From Eledone cirrhosa (Eukaryota): 64,000 nucleotides of DNA. The translations under genes and the position numbers were made by a program. The notes below the pieces were generated by a model, which saw only the letters and a program-made list of their open reading frames with translations, was not told the origin of the DNA and searched no databases. How positions within the stretch are numbered: position 1 is the stretch's first letter; every line of letters begins with the position of its first letter. Of this stretch, positions 43,991 to 60,160 are shown one piece after another. Location of the stretch: NCBI GenBank assembly GCA_964016885.1, contig OZ024746.1:55304001-55368000 (forward strand), given 5' to 3'.

Positions 43991-44128
43991 GTATATATGT
44001 ACATATATATATATATGTGTGTGTGTGAGTGTGTTTGTGTGTGTGTGTGTATGCATGTGTGTGTGTTTGTGTGTGTTTATATATATTTATGTATATATCT
44101 TTAGGAGTGGCGTATGTATATGTATATA

Positions 44129-44170
<42 letters not shown>

Positions 44171-44208
44171 AATAGACACACAAACGCACACAAAAATATA
44201 TGTATATA

Positions 44209-44278
<70 letters not shown>

Positions 44279-44560
44279 TGAGAGCTAATATGCTACTTAT
44301 TGTAAAGAAAACATACATTGTTGATTAAACGTTAATTATTTCCTATTATTTGATCACTTACGATTAAGCAATATGTAAATAAAACGGAAATTCTAATTTT
44401 AAATGTTTAAACTCAAAAGTTTTAATTAACACAGTGCAATTACTGACTGTAATAAAATAACCACAATGTGTCACTTCATTTATGTATAATTAAAGAAATA
44501 CTGTTTTAATATTAGTTTGTGATATTCCATTTTAGAATAACTAAATTTCCATGTGACACT

Positions 44561-44645
44561 TTAACCTTTTAGCATTTAAACTGGCCATATCCGGCTAGAA
44601 TTCTCTCACTTCTTTCTGTTCAAACTGGTTGTATCTGGCTGCTCC
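44561..44645 (+). mobile_element. possible terminus of a non-autonomous DNA transposon
   Basis: TTAACCTTTTAGCATTTAAACTGGCCATATCCGGC resembles a common octopus repeat end; partner end not found. Confidence 0.35.
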
Positions 44646-46070
44646 TACTGATGTTAAGGTATTGTACTCAAAATAAATAACATCAAAATCTCTTAGATTC
44701 GATATTATGAGAGATAAGTATGTAAGCTAAAGCTTTTACCGTGAAAATATGATAGTAAATATAGAGTAATGTAAATGCAAAAAAGTTGAGCTAGCACTTC
44801 AACGTACATCAACTTCTCACAAGTACACACCCAATTCTCCCATTTTAAGTTTGGACAGCTAGGGTATCTATTTTTTAACAATTCTTGCCTTGACTACAGT
44901 AAGAATATTACTCAGCCTACATTTTCCAACATATCGCCCACTTTCAATTACAACTAGTTCCATGACAGGTCATAAAAATCATACAACACTCTCCCTCACT
45001 TTAGATATTTCCATAAAATGACTGCATGGCAATTGTGTTCAGTGTTTTATTTATTGATTGCAAGAAATTATTTCATATTTACGTTAATTTCACAAGCGTG
45101 TATAAAGCTCTGATGCATCAAGGTAGATGTAGATCTCTGAGATCTACATCTAAAAAGTCTGTCTAGCTTGTACTTAATCGTAATACCAGCCCTCTACGAT
45201 GCATATCTTGAGAGTAATTATTGCTTATAATATTGTATATAATTAAATGAGTTCAAGATATTATGAATTTGTTGTGCAGGTGTAGTTTTCTGTTAAACCC
45301 CGTATTAGCACTGATGAATTTTAGCGTGAAGCTCTCTGGCCTTGGAGGTTCAAGTGTGTTTTGACTTGATGACACTAGGACTACCTTATGTAATGTACAT
45401 ATTTTAAATGAAGCTGGGGTGCGATGTGACTAAGAATTAATGGTATTTCTTGCAATTCAATCGACAGTTTAAGACGCACCCATTAGCTAATTCACTATAG
45501 AGGCTTTCACATTGGATCATTGTTGCTTAGGGACTTGAATTGCTTACACGTCAGATTATCCAAGTTATAAATTTTGTTGGCTAAAATCACATTCTTCCGG
45601 TGATAATGATGGACAGCGCATGGCACAAACCTCAAAACACATTATATCCAATAGAAACCTAATCTATTCTTGCAGACAAGCAGAATTGTTTAGAATTACA
45701 AATACCAAGTTTCCCATTCTCTACACCATTTCTTACCCACCTATATTTATGGGTTAAACCCATGAAATGCCGTTATCGAATATAAAACTATGTATCAATC
45801 TAGTCATCTTAGTAACAAATAGCATAATAGTCAGCCACAGAATGACTTCAATTGTATAGTTAAGTCTGTATAATTTATTGCCTTTTGCAGCTCACTCCAT
45901 CATGATGTTTAGCGACTAAGTATTTCTATAGCAATTATCTGGATGGCATTGTTATCTGTGCAGTACCTTGTGTACGTATATACAAATACGCGCGCACGCA
46001 TGCACACACATATACACACCAACACACACACACATGTATACCTTACGTATATGCTTAGCTCTGTCTCTCT

Positions 46071-46696
<626 letters not shown>

Positions 46697-46790
46697 AACG
46701 CTGATGGTCACTTTGCATTATAAAGTCAATTTATACATACACACATACGCATTCACATATAAACACGCCCACAAACATACATATACAAAC

Positions 46791-46860
<70 letters not shown>

Positions 46861-47351
46861 ACTCGCGCGCACGTATGTGCGTGTGTGTGTGTAGGTACGT
46901 GTATATAGATAAATACACAAACATAAATATATACACAACGCTTCGAGAATAATATAATCTTCGTGGCATTTACTAAGACAGGTGCAGGCTATCACTGTTC
47001 TTAGAATGAATACAGAACACTCGAATTTCAATACGGTTATCTTAACTTAGATAAATAGCAAAAGGAAAAGTTATCGTAGTCTAATGAATGATGCTGACTA
47101 CCTTTAGTGTAATGTCGGATAAGTCTGACACAAACAAATGAGACAATACAGACTGGAAGACAATAACACTTTTCAAGAAATCTGACATTAACGGTGATTT
47201 TCAAAATCTAACCAACACATTTTATCTTTAGTGCAATGTATAATATAATACACTGTGTATATGCTATATACACGAACATGTACACATACATACATAATAA
47301 TTACACACACATACGTATACGCACACACACACAGGCACACACACATGAACC

Positions 47352-47446
<95 letters not shown>

Positions 47447-47470
47447 GGAGAGATAGTGCTTGAGAGAGAG

Positions 47471-47528
<58 letters not shown>

Positions 47529-48560
47529 GGCAGCCTAACTGATGTACTTTCTTGTAGCTAACAGTACATAGTTGTTGAGCTGCCATATATTTAGTTGAAC
47601 ATCGAGAATTTTCCTCCCTGAAACGACTGTAAAACCATTGATTGATCAACAATTTCCACCTTGACTAAGACTTTCAGATTTTACTGTTATAGGTCTTAAT
47701 GAGAAAATGCTAGTGTTATATCCTCTTTCCTATATATATATATATATATATATATAGGAAAGAGGATATATATATATATATACTTAGGGTAAATATTGAT
47801 GCAATTCAATTCAAGCACTCAACGTACTTTTTCCACATAGGAGTGACGGACTAAATATCGAATAAGTAAATGCGAAGTAGTTTCAGATGTTCAAGTCAAT
47901 TGATGTTTTGTTCCATGTGATAGAAATTATGACTGTGTACCAGATTGAATACTGCCTTGAATACTGTAGTTTACCCTCCGTTCTAATGTATCGTTCAATA
48001 TGTGGTTAGTGTAACTGTGACATTGGAACCCCTCTCAGAACTTCTTACTTAAACATCTCTCTCCATATTATTTACCCACTTCAATCTATATGTTTTTTTA
48101 ATCACCTCAATCCGGATTCTCAATTTTTATTTCCAACTCTCACTCATAACATCCAATGTAAAACCATGATACCTAGAATTAAGTATATTTTCTCTTGGGA
48201 GTTGATGGTCAGTCGTACTGTCCATGCTTGGTGTGAGGTAGTATTGTGACCTAAAACTAACACTCTCCCATCCCCTCTGGCTTTCGGCTGACTGCCACAG
48301 ACAGGACGGGTAGCAGTAAACTATGGTACAGGCATAAATAGGTCATTGTTTGGCTGAGAGTGTGAACTGACTAAGCGAATTTCGTTGAAATCTGCTGTAG
48401 CTAATGGTCAACTTCCTTCGGACATGCGCCTGCGCAGACCAGTGGGGATTAATTGGTACTCACAGGGGAACGGATGAAGAACCCAAAAGCACACACTTCG
48501 TCCGTTCCCATGTCGATTCAACTTGGATTGCCTCGGAAACATAACCTTATTATGTAACAA

Positions 48561-48634
48561 GCTGTCTGATGATGTTACGACACTCGCACACAGAACAGTG
48601 TGGCCAGTGTCGTCATTGAAATATATATCACAGC
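48561..48634 (+). ncRNA. type I hammerhead with long stem II
   Basis: GCTGT-CTGATGA-TGttACGACACT..CACAC/GTGTG..AGTGTCGTCATT-GAAAT-ATAT-ATC-ACAGC. Confidence 0.75.
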
Positions 48635-48694
48635 ATTATTATTAAAGGACTTGAACATCTGAAACTACTTCAATTTTACTTATTATATATATAT

Positions 48695-48768
<74 letters not shown>

Positions 48769-48797
48769 ATATATATAAGTATATATATATATATATA

Positions 48798-48938
48798 TCA
48801 GCCTGATCTGATGATCTGTTAGGTGAAGCAATTGACTTCGGAATTGGTTAACTAACTGTTGTACAAACACTTCTACCTAACTTGTCCCATGGACTGAGTG
48901 CTCTACTACTGCGGATAAGACTCACCATGTTCTACCAC

Positions 48939-48940
<2 letters not shown>
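48798..48940 (+). mobile_element. diverged family C 3' end with degenerate HHR
   Basis: CTGATGA-TCTgttAGGT-GAAGCAATTG; tail homologous to 9852-9945. Confidence 0.6.
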
Positions 48941-48971
<31 letters not shown>

Positions 48972-48972
48972 C

Positions 48973-49048
<76 letters not shown>

Positions 49049-49738
49049 ATGTGTGTGTGTTATTAAAAGTAGAGGATCTACAGCGAACACAACTGCTTCG
49101 ACTTGTTTCATTCTCTAGCCTTCGGTAGGAATATTTCTTGAAATTAAGGCGAATTTCGTGAAATTTTCCAGACGAGGTGTAGAAGTCGTAACTACCCGAA
49201 ATGGCTGTGCTGGCGGTATATTCTCCACTTTTACTAATATAACAACCACTAAGCATCATACCTTATATCAAGTGCCTCTTTGATTTGTTGTGTTCTCGGT
49301 GCTATTTCCACACTATATCAATATATTTATATATACATATGTGTTTGTATGTATGTGTGTGTGTGTGTGTGTGGGTGGGTGTGTGTGTATGTGTGTGTGT
49401 ATGTGTGTGTGTGTGTGTGTGTGTCTGTGTGTGTGTGTGTGTGCGTGTAAGTGTAAATATATATGTATATATAGAGAGAGAGATAGATAGATAGATTGAT
49501 AGATATAACTCCTAACACTAACTCACCCCCTCTCTACATCTCTATCCTTACATAAGTGAAAAATACATCACAAAACGTTTACTGTTTTAAGAAGCGTTAT
49601 CGCGATTATTTGTTCTAACTATTATTTCTTTCTCACAGCACTCTATAAATCATTTGTTTTAACTGACCACTAGATACTCCCCTAATCCCAAGTTACATAA
49701 CGCTACTAGGGACTATGCGCAACTTCAACGTCTACACA

Positions 49739-49790
<52 letters not shown>

Positions 49791-49859
49791 TATGAAAATA
49801 ACAGATTAAAGTTTAAGCAAAGAATCGCTGCTGTCACCCTTAACGGGATCTTCTGATCT

Positions 49860-51509
49860 GATCTCAACATCCTGGATCGGACCGAACCTCTGGACCCTAT
49901 TTCTCCCCACTTTACCCTGAAGGATCACAAATCCAATTTTCCGAACAACCCCTCTATTCGGCTTATTAACCCTACGAAGTTCGATTTAGGTAGACTTAGT
50001 AAAACGATTCTTGATAGAATTATACCTGAAATTAGAAGTTTGGCCCCTCTTGCACTGTTGAACAATTCTTTCGCGGTGATTGATTGGTTCAACGGCATAT
50101 GCAACAAGGAACATTGCCGTTTTATCCAATTCGACATCAACAATTACTACTCCTCCATCACTTTACCACTTCTCCTTAGAGCTATCAATTTCGCTAAAAC
50201 ACTCACAGTGGTTAAGGATTTCGAAGTTGATGTCATCCTCAATGCCCGAAAGTCGGTGATTAATTTCGACGACTCTATTTGGATTAAAAAATCCAATAGT
50301 ACCCCATTCGACGTGAGTATGGGCGCCAGTGTCTCTGCGGAGGTTACTGATCTTATTGGCCTTTTCCTTCTTTTCTCTATCAAGGACGAATTCCCCTACG
50401 CGGGCGGTGATTTGTACCGTGACGATGGTCTTTTGATCATGACTAAGTGCGGACCTCGTGCTTGCGACAGGTTCAGAAAAGAACTCACAGCCTTCTTTAA
50501 AGGCTTCAACCTCTCTATACAGGTTGACGCCAATCTCTGGTCGTTAATTACCTCGACGTTACCTTCAATTTATTGAATGGGTTGTATTACCCCTATAGAA
50601 AACCGAATGATACGCTTAATTACATAAGTAAGCATTCCAACCATCCTGCCAGCATAACCAAAAACCTAGTAAGAAACATTTCGTTGAGGCTTTCCCGTCT
50701 TTCCACCAACGTGCGTATTTTCAACGACCATTCCACTTATTACAATGAAGCTCTTGCTTGAAGTGGATTTGTCGATAAGGTAGCATATACAGAGTACGAA
50801 AATAGACCTAGAAGGAATAGATCCCGTCGCATGTGTTGGTATAACCCACCATATAATATGGAGGTGGCCACACCATTAGCTAGATCTTTCTTTCCCTTAT
50901 TACGAAGCATTTTCCCCCTACACATAAATATAGTAACATTTTTAATAGAAATACTATTAACATTTCTTACTCTAGGACTCCTAACCTTGCTCTTAACATC
51001 ACAGCTTCAAATTTAGCTAAACTACCTAGCCGTAGGAACACGTGCAACCCTGTAGTTAATACTAACTGTAATTGTCGGAATCGGGCTGATTGCGCCCTAT
51101 CCGGGAAATGCCTCTCTAGTAACATTGTCTACAAATGTAAGGTTGTAACACCCACGTCCCGTAGGGCCTACATAGGGTTAACCGCCAATAGTTTCAAGCA
51201 GCGTCTTTACATGCATACCCATTCTTTTCGTTACCCTCTAAGAAGAAATATGACGTCACTTTCAGCTTATATCTGGAGGCTAAAAGACAACCACACCCAA
51301 TATAAGTTACACTGGGAGATCCTAACTAGGGCTAGATCGTATAACGGAAATAAAAGACCGTGTGACCTCTGCGCCGCTGAGGCCCTGGAAATACTCTACG
51401 CCACAGACCACATCTTAAACAATAAATATGAGGCAATTTCGGCTTGTAAACATAAAATTGCACAAAACTTTCCTATATTACAGCCCCACGTTATACCCTA
51501 ACGGATAGT
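49860..51509 (+). pseudogene. PLE reverse transcriptase plus GIY-YIG endonuclease (about 3 frameshifts, 1 stop)
   Basis: TLKDHKSNFPNNPSIRLINP, QFDINNYYSSI, FDVSMGA, LYRDDGL, NYLDVT, YRKPN, SNHP, WYNPPY, CNCR..C..C, NIVYKC, YIGLT. Confidence 0.93.
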
Positions 51510-52433
51510 ACGATCTATACGTGGATATTTTACGTCTTGATGTGGGAGATAAGTATATGTTTTGTTTATTCCTTTACTTATTTGCATAGGTAAGTATATA
51601 TTAAGCGTATGTTTTGTGAAGGTACGTATACCTTATCGTACGTATATTTTATTGTTATGGTAATAATTTTATATATTCTGGTACATAGGGTTTGGCTATG
51701 TGTATACGGGAGTTTTGCGTCTGTGTGAGTATGCAGGTTTGTACGTATGGTGGGTGTGTGTATATGTGTACTTCTTGTTTTAGTTGACTTACGTCTCCGA
51801 ACATTCGTGTTTTTATATGTAGGTATGTGTGTGCGCTTGTTATATACGTATTTATGTATTTATATACGTTTATATAATTATTTATTTATTTGTATACACG
51901 CATACATACACACACATATTTATATGTGCGTGGTTTTGTATACCTATGGTAAGGTTTTGCGTATGCTTGTGTATGTATGTATTTGTTTGCGTGTATGTAT
52001 TTATTTATTTCTATTATTTCTGTATTGTATTTATTTACTTTGTTCTTAACTCTGTGCGGAGATTCATTTGGTCTCCTAATTAGAATTTTAGTCTACGACT
52101 TCTGCTATACCATTTACGTGGTTTTGTCTTTGCGTGCTATTGTTCTCTACGCTCCACATATGACGTATTATCTTCGTATTTTCATTCATTGCCAGACGAC
52201 GTCTCTATGCACCACCTAAGAGAACATTAGGCTACGACCTCTTTTATACCATAAACGTGGTTCTGTCTTTGCGCGTAATTGTTTTTCACCACTCCTTTTA
52301 ATGACGTATTATTCGTTTTTTCCCATTATTTACCAGCGAACGTTTCCACGAACTAAAGTATCGTCGTCCTGTCTTCCTCCGGTTGCAACGTTTTTTGAAA
52401 TATCCACTTCTGCGTTTACAGATTGACTTTGTT

Positions 52434-52484
52434 AGCTTCAGAAGATCCCGTTCAGGGTGAAAGCAGCGATTCTTTGCTTAAACT
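52434..52484 (+). ncRNA. hammerhead-like motif, family A
   Basis: CAGAAGA core, CCC/GGG stem II, GCA/TGC stem III, distal stem I CAGATTGA/TTAATCTG. Confidence 0.6.
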
Positions 52485-52591
52485 TTAATCTGTTATTTTA
52501 ATAAATATTTGCTCTACGGTTCTTATATATTTGATATATATCTATCCTTATCGAGCCCTCTTTGGATTTTAGTCTTCAAATTTATTATTAT

Positions 52592-52695
<104 letters not shown>

Positions 52696-52934
52696 AGAGA
52701 GAGATTCATAGATAGATAGGTAATATGAATTTAGATGGAAACAACTTTAGACGCATCATTCCTTACTATGTCAATCTTGTCGACGACAGAACTTCTCTAT
52801 ATCAATATTTGCAAATGAAATCCTTATCACAGCTAACTGTAAATGACATAATTGTTGTGCGTACGATATACAAATAGGACATATTAAGGGGGACAAAACA
52901 ATCGAAGATATTTAACAAGTGTATCAATCCAATG

Positions 52935-53150
52935 TAGGCGCGTGGCTGAGTGGTTACAGAATTATATTCGCAATCGTGAGGTAGTGAGTTCAATTCCAGG
53001 ACCGGACGATGCGTTTGTCCTTGGGCAAGACACTTTATTTCACGTTGCTCCTTCTACCTGGAGTTGCGACCGATAGAGTGTATTAGCAATTAGAAAGACC
53101 AATTGAAACATTTTTTCCTCGGTCCGATTTGACGAAAGTCGATCGACTGT
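52935..53150 (+). mobile_element. tRNA-derived CORE-type SINE
   Basis: GGCGCGTGGCTGAGTGGTTA...GTCCTTGGGCAAGACACTTTATTTCACGTTGCTCC. Confidence 0.75.
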
Positions 53151-53899
53151 TGAACAATCCAATACAAGAATAATGATATTTACATTCCAAATGCCTGGAC
53201 CGAAGGGTTTCGATACCTTCAGGATGCATGACATCTGGATATATCACGGGTACTGTTTGAGTGCGGATGGTTTACATTGCTGAGTGTGCGATGTATTGCA
53301 TTTTATGTTGTGTGTGTGCGTGTATTTCGGCTTTGTGTGAGCTTTTTGGGGAAGTATTTCTAATAGGAGCGCCTGTGTGTGTCATTTAGGTCTGTGTAAG
53401 TTTGTTTCTGTTCTTTGCGTATTCGTTTCCGTATGTGAATTTGTATTTGTTTGAATAGGTTTGTGTGGACTATTAGTATATATATTTGTGTTTGTGTATT
53501 GAGGTGTGCGTGTATAAGCATGTGTGTCTATTTTTATCTGTGTAGGGGAGATTTTCTAACAAAGGTGAAGAAATATTCAAAGCCCATATTCTGGCGTTTC
53601 CATTGTTCGATTTTCAAAATTGAGTGTGGAAGGATAGTATTCCACTGATGGAAACGTGCTTTTTAGAAAGATCATCATTTGTTAGGAATCTACGTTCGTG
53701 ATTAATATATTTTCCTAAAAATTCAAATCATACATTGAGTGGATATTTTATAACGCACACACATATACAGGCATATACACACATATATATACATATATAT
53801 ATATATAGATATAGATATATGTGTGTGTGTGTGAGTATGAGTGTTAGTCTGTGAGTGTGTGTGTGTGTGTGTGTGTATGCAAGTGGTGGACGAACTATC

Positions 53900-54990
53900 A
53901 ATTCTAGAGTCGGATCCGGTCATGACCGATCGTACCATGAGATGATCTATTGCGAGCCAGGTCTCGTGTATAAAAAATATATTGTCAGGAAATATGCTGT
54001 CGATCATATCTGTGTCGTGAAGTGCTTTCATGATACAGGACACTGCAATAACTCTGATTAAGAATGCCATGTCTCTCAGACTTGTTTACAATAGTTTGAC
54101 CACCTAAAGGCATCTTATAAGAATGTCCCAAAATGTGCTTTGTTGTGCGCTGGACACGGATGAACCTTCAGAAGATACTTCGCTTTCCTTTCTGCAACCA
54201 TGCAAACACAGATACACATTTGCCCCTATCCCGGTCATGATGCTTGCACACATGGCATTGTTTTCCTCTATCTTAACAAAACTCAACTCGCCTGGTTGAT
54301 GATGACGAGTTTGTCATTGACACCAACTCCTTTTATCTTATGGAGAAGAGCTGATGTTGGTTCATTACTGCATAAATAAGTTCCTGTAATTCGTACATTA
54401 TATTGGTTTCATGCTTTCCATTATTCTTGAAAATGACCCCGAGATACTTGAAATTATCCATATACTTCAATGAAAGTCCGCACACATACAGAGTACATTG
54501 CACATGCCCTCAGATAATTTTACTGTTTTCCCAGTGCTCATTTTCATTCGTGCTATGTAACACTCAAGCTATCCAGTGCATGTCATAGATCACTTTTCAA
54601 TGAGTTAAATAGTACCACGTCACTGGCAAATACTAGCCGACTGATTCTACACCCACAGGTTGTGATCCCACTTCCAACCTGACTGCGCAAGTCACATCTC
54701 TTCGTGAAGTTCATGAACAAGCGAGGTTAAGCAAATTTGGTGGATTTCGACGCCCAACCTCAAAGCTTTAGCACCATTTATCTGAAAGCAAATACTGCAG
54801 CATTCGGAAGAGACTAGAAAACAATAAGAAGCTGTCCATCGATCCCATGTTCCTACAGAATCCTCCCCTTTTACGGTCCTCGATGAAAGCATACGCCATT
54901 TGACACTAATCGAAGACATGTACTTTCTAATTATTTGATCAGTCTTCCACCAATAAAAATCTACACACAAACACAGACTCAATTCTGTGA
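53900..54990 (-). pseudogene. very decayed LINE RT fragment
   Basis: minus strand LVFASDVVL (about 54610-54637) and DNFKYLGVIF (about 54430-54460). Confidence 0.45.
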
Positions 54991-55652
54991 TCATAGACAG
55001 TCACTCAAGGGTATCGTGTTGTATGTACCATTAAACATGACACCAAACGGATACGAAGCGAACTTCTAATAAGTTTCATAGTATCATTTTTGGTAAAAAA
55101 TTATACACAATTAATCACATATATTTCATATTGTTCGATTTTATTTAGACATACATGTTTTATTCCAGTGTTTCATTTTTTTCTTCTAACTTCAGTTTAG
55201 CGTTACATATACTGTTACCAGCCGATATTTTGTGTTTGACGTTTTATTTTTTATACATAAATAACAACAAAAACATCATCATTATTAGTCTCTTATTTTG
55301 CTGAATATATTTAGAAGAGATGAATTATTTTCATTTGTAATCTGTTTCAATACCGATGGATAGAAAAAGTCAGCTACTGCAGAGCAATGGCGTATTATAT
55401 CGGATATAGCCACTGAGAAGCATGTAGAAAATGTATTTATCACGCTGAACTAGCTTTCCGCTGTTAATAATGGAAAAGTTATAAATATTATCCTTTTAAC
55501 AGTATGCATTTGTGAAGTGTCTCACATCACTTCCTGCTATTTTAAGTACAGATTTTCCAACGAGTTTTTGCACTATATAACAGACATGGAACAAAACGGA
55601 TTTCTGTCCATTTCCATCCATAAATACATTGTTTATACATACACACACACGT

Positions 55653-56632
<980 letters not shown>

Positions 56633-57047
56633 AGTCTTTGTCATGAAATCTTACCTTTCATTTATATTTTCTAATATTTTAACAACGCGGCTGCTTCATT
56701 TACTTTGTTCTGTTTTATTATTGTTTAAGTTAGTTGTTCGGATGCTGTAATTTGATTCGTAGCAGCTATCAATCATGCGTAATCACATAGGAAGATTAAG
56801 TATGGCTGAACATTTTTGAATTCTCTCTCATTCACAGGATGTCAAGCGCTCAGGAATAGTTTCAAGTCTTTCATTATCCGTCTTGGTTGTTTGCCAAGGA
56901 ACCAGCTTATGTTCACCACTTAGACAGATTCGGCACAAAATGTCTGCTGTAGGATGTAGTAATTCATCATTCAATTGAAGGATTATGTAATTTTTTTATA
57001 TTTACCATATAGTAACTACAACACTTAAAAGCATATATCTATATGCC

Positions 57048-57081
<34 letters not shown>

Positions 57082-57083
<2 letters not shown>

Positions 57084-57246
57084 ACGAAGGAAATGTTGTA
57101 AGGAACCAGATAGACCATAACGCACCAAAGTACTCAATACTTAGGGTAGTAGAGTGGGTAATAGGAACAAGTATGAACCCGACGGCAGAGCTCAAGGCGT
57201 TTCGACGGCTACTTGAGCTCTGCCGTCGGGGTCATACTTGTTCCTA
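57082..57246 (-). mobile_element. minimal family B fold-back (tail + end, inverted short end)
   Basis: 57082-57211 matches 43407-43536 reversed; 57212-57246 inverted. Confidence 0.85.
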
Positions 57247-57357
57247 TATATATATGTATATATAAGTATGTATATATGTATGTATGTATATATGTATACA
57301 TATACGTATGTATATATAAATGTATATATTTATATACGTATGTATGTACGTATATAA

Positions 57358-58245
57358 TTTAGAATTGGTGCTCTGAAATAGCTATATCTATATGAGAGTA
57401 TATATAGTGTATTTTGGAATACACTCTATGCTTAATTTAAAGCATTTCGAAGACCTTATGATATTGTCTTAGAGTAGTGATTGTCTCACTGGCTTTAATT
57501 TTTAGCAAACAGGGGTGATAAAGACAACAGAGCCATGTTTCGCATTTGTTGATGCTTATCAAGGCTAACTACTCCCCCTGTTTGCCGAAAATCATGGATG
57601 TTTGATTCTTATAGAATTCTAGTAAATAATCAGGAACTGATTATACAGAGCGGTTGCCGGTCAAGCAGAAATTGAAAATTAGAATTGGTGCTCTGAAATA
57701 GCTATATATATATATGAATGTATATATAGTGTATTTTGCAATACACTGTATGCTTAATTAAAAGCATTTCGAAGACCTTATGCTATTGTTTTAGAGTGGC
57801 TTTGTCGGCTTTATCTCCCCTGTTTGCTGAAAATTAAAGTAAGTGAGACTATCACTCTTCTAAAGCAATAGCATAAGGACTTCGAAATGCTTTTAATAAA
57901 GCATGCAGTGTATAGCTAAATGCACTATATATACATTCATATATATATAGCTATTTCAGAGCACCAATTCTAATTTTCAATTTCTGCTTGACCGGCAACC
58001 GCTCTGTATAATCAGTCCCTGATTATTTACTAGAATTCTATAAGAATCAAACATCCATGATTTTCGGCAAACAGTGGGAGTAGTTAGCCTTGATAAGCAT
58101 CAACAAATGCGAAACATGGCTCTGTTGTCTTTATCACCCCTGTTTGCTAAAAATTAAAGCCAGTGAGACATAGCATAAGGTCTTCGAAATGCTTTTAATT
58201 AAGCATACAGTGTATTGCAAAATACACTATATATACATTCATATA
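57358..58245. mobile_element. family I-related non-coding element: 320 bp unit, minus arm 57358-57798 and plus arm 57801-58245
   Basis: AGAATTGGTGCTCTGAAATAG at 57361 and 57681; arms are reverse complements. Confidence 0.85.
58086..58133 (+). ncRNA. hammerhead, U3-A8 variant, stem I 3' strand deleted (mirror copy 57519-57566)
   Basis: AGCC-TTGATAA-GCATcaacaaATGC-GAAACA...TGTC; the intact GTC-GGCT junction survives at about 57804-57810. Confidence 0.6.
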
Positions 58246-58274
58246 TATATATGTATATATATATATATATGTAT

Positions 58275-58823
58275 GTTCACTATGTCGGGTCATTCTTGAG
58301 TACTACTGGTAACATGTAACCCAGTACAACCTGTCGCATATTCGAGTCGTCGGTGACTAAACCGGCAATCCCACCAAGTTTACTTGGTGAGGAGGGTGAT
58401 CTTGGACACCCTACAGGACAAAAAGCAAAACCTAACAAAGGGCGGAAGAACTCATAAGAGTCAACGGCCATCCACAAGTGTGTAAATATGTATATACACA
58501 TGTACCCCGCGGTTAAACCACTGGGAGTGAAGGACCCCTAGCCTTTGTCAAGGCATTCTTCTAGGAGAAGGCAACGCAGGAAACTGGGATAACTCCGTTA
58601 TAAAACCTGCGGCTCAATAGTTACCGAAGATGTGGATATATTCTTCTTTTCGGGTTATAGCTACTGTCGCTCAGAGAGTGGGATTGGCTCAGTGCACAGT
58701 ATTTCCTCACTTTAAACAATATCTTCACTCACAGGCATTGCACGATAGAATTAATTAATAATCATTAATAATAGTTTATCGTGCAATGACCATACTCGAT
58801 AACGAGGCGGCAGCCATCATCAT
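58275..58823 (+). mobile_element. RTE-derived non-autonomous SINE-like element
   Basis: CTTCTAGGAGAAGG RTE 5'UTR-like motif, terminal hairpin, (CAT)n tail. Confidence 0.5.
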
Positions 58824-59125
58824 ATTTATATATATGTATATATATATATATTTTTATATACATGTATATATATATGTATATATATGTATATATATATATA
58901 AGTATATATATGTATATATATATATATATACTTATCTATGGTTCTGCTAGCCACCCGACTCCCGGGAATGAATATGACCGCAGCTAGTAAACAAGGACCC
59001 ACACCCCACCCTCCCGCACCAAAATTAGACTTATCGTCCCCTACTTTTGCTCTTTACTCTCTTTACTCTTTGTTCTTGAATGTTTGGTTGGTAGAGTCCA
59101 TAACACCAATCAAACCCGTTTTATA

Positions 59126-59170
59126 GCTCTGACGAATCCTACGGTTACGTAAGGAAGAAACATTGTAAGC
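59126..59170 (+). ncRNA. type I hammerhead
   Basis: GCT-CTGACGA-ATCCTACGgttaCGTaAGGAA-GAAAC-ATT-GTA-AGC then AATAAA. Confidence 0.72.
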
Positions 59171-59215
59171 CAATAAAAATATGTTGATGTTGTAGACGCT
59201 CTTGTGTTCTTTTTC

Positions 59216-59417
<202 letters not shown>

Positions 59418-59460
59418 TTATACATATGTCACATTATATATATATTATATTATATATAAA

Positions 59461-59650
59461 GGGCGGTGGATTGGCAGTATCGGTAGAGGGTCGGACGCCA
59501 TGCTTTCCAGCATAGTTACGTCCCTTTACGATCTGAGTTCAAATCCCGCCGAGGTTGACTTTGCCTTTCATCCTTATGGGGTGGATAAAATAAAGTACCA
59601 GTAATGCACTGGGTAATTGCTGGCCTTGTGCCTAAAGTAGAAACAATTAT
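59461..59650 (+). mobile_element. full-length Meta-type SINE
   Basis: GGGCGGTGGATTGGCAG head, B box, GCCTTTCATCC core, tail. Confidence 0.85.
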
Positions 59651-59668
59651 ATATATATTATATATATT

Positions 59669-59702
<34 letters not shown>

Positions 59703-60102
59703 ATTTGCATTAAGATTTTGAAGAACATTGCTTTTAATGTTAATATTATTGTTTTTGTTGTATTTGATATCTTGCCACCACTAAACATATTAAGTGGTAG
59801 GAGATTTTCGACATAATGAAGAAGTGTTTCTATTCGTCTTGAAGTAGGTAACATCATTATTGCAACGGTAGAGAGATTACAAATCAAATCAACTTGATCG
59901 TTATATTTAGAATCAGCTGGAGCAAATTCAATTGTTGGAATAATAAAGTTATCTGATGAGAAAGCGTGGCAAACAAGGCCACATGGAATTCCATGTCTTG
60001 TATTATTATATCTTGCATCACGTCATCCATAATGTTATGCAAACAAAATATGTGCCGATTCAAAAACAACCCACCCCCAAAACACACATGTACACATACC
60101 AG

Positions 60103-60136
<34 letters not shown>

Positions 60137-60160
60137 AATGCAAATATATATATATATATC

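Noticed and set aside
49072-49240. Hammerhead in a small fold-back (CAGACGA...GAAAT)
   Set aside because: No valid NUH triplet or stem I; at best a decayed copy
50759-50761. In-frame TGA in the Naiad-like ORF as selenocysteine (some Naiads are selenoproteins)
   Set aside because: It falls at a non-Cys position (EALA*SGF), probably CGA-to-TGA decay. Conserved Cys codons are TGT/TGC and I recognised no SECIS
58275-58400. HDV-like ribozyme at the head of the RTE-derived element
   Set aside because: Expected for some RTE 5' ends, but I could not assemble the nested double pseudoknot by eye
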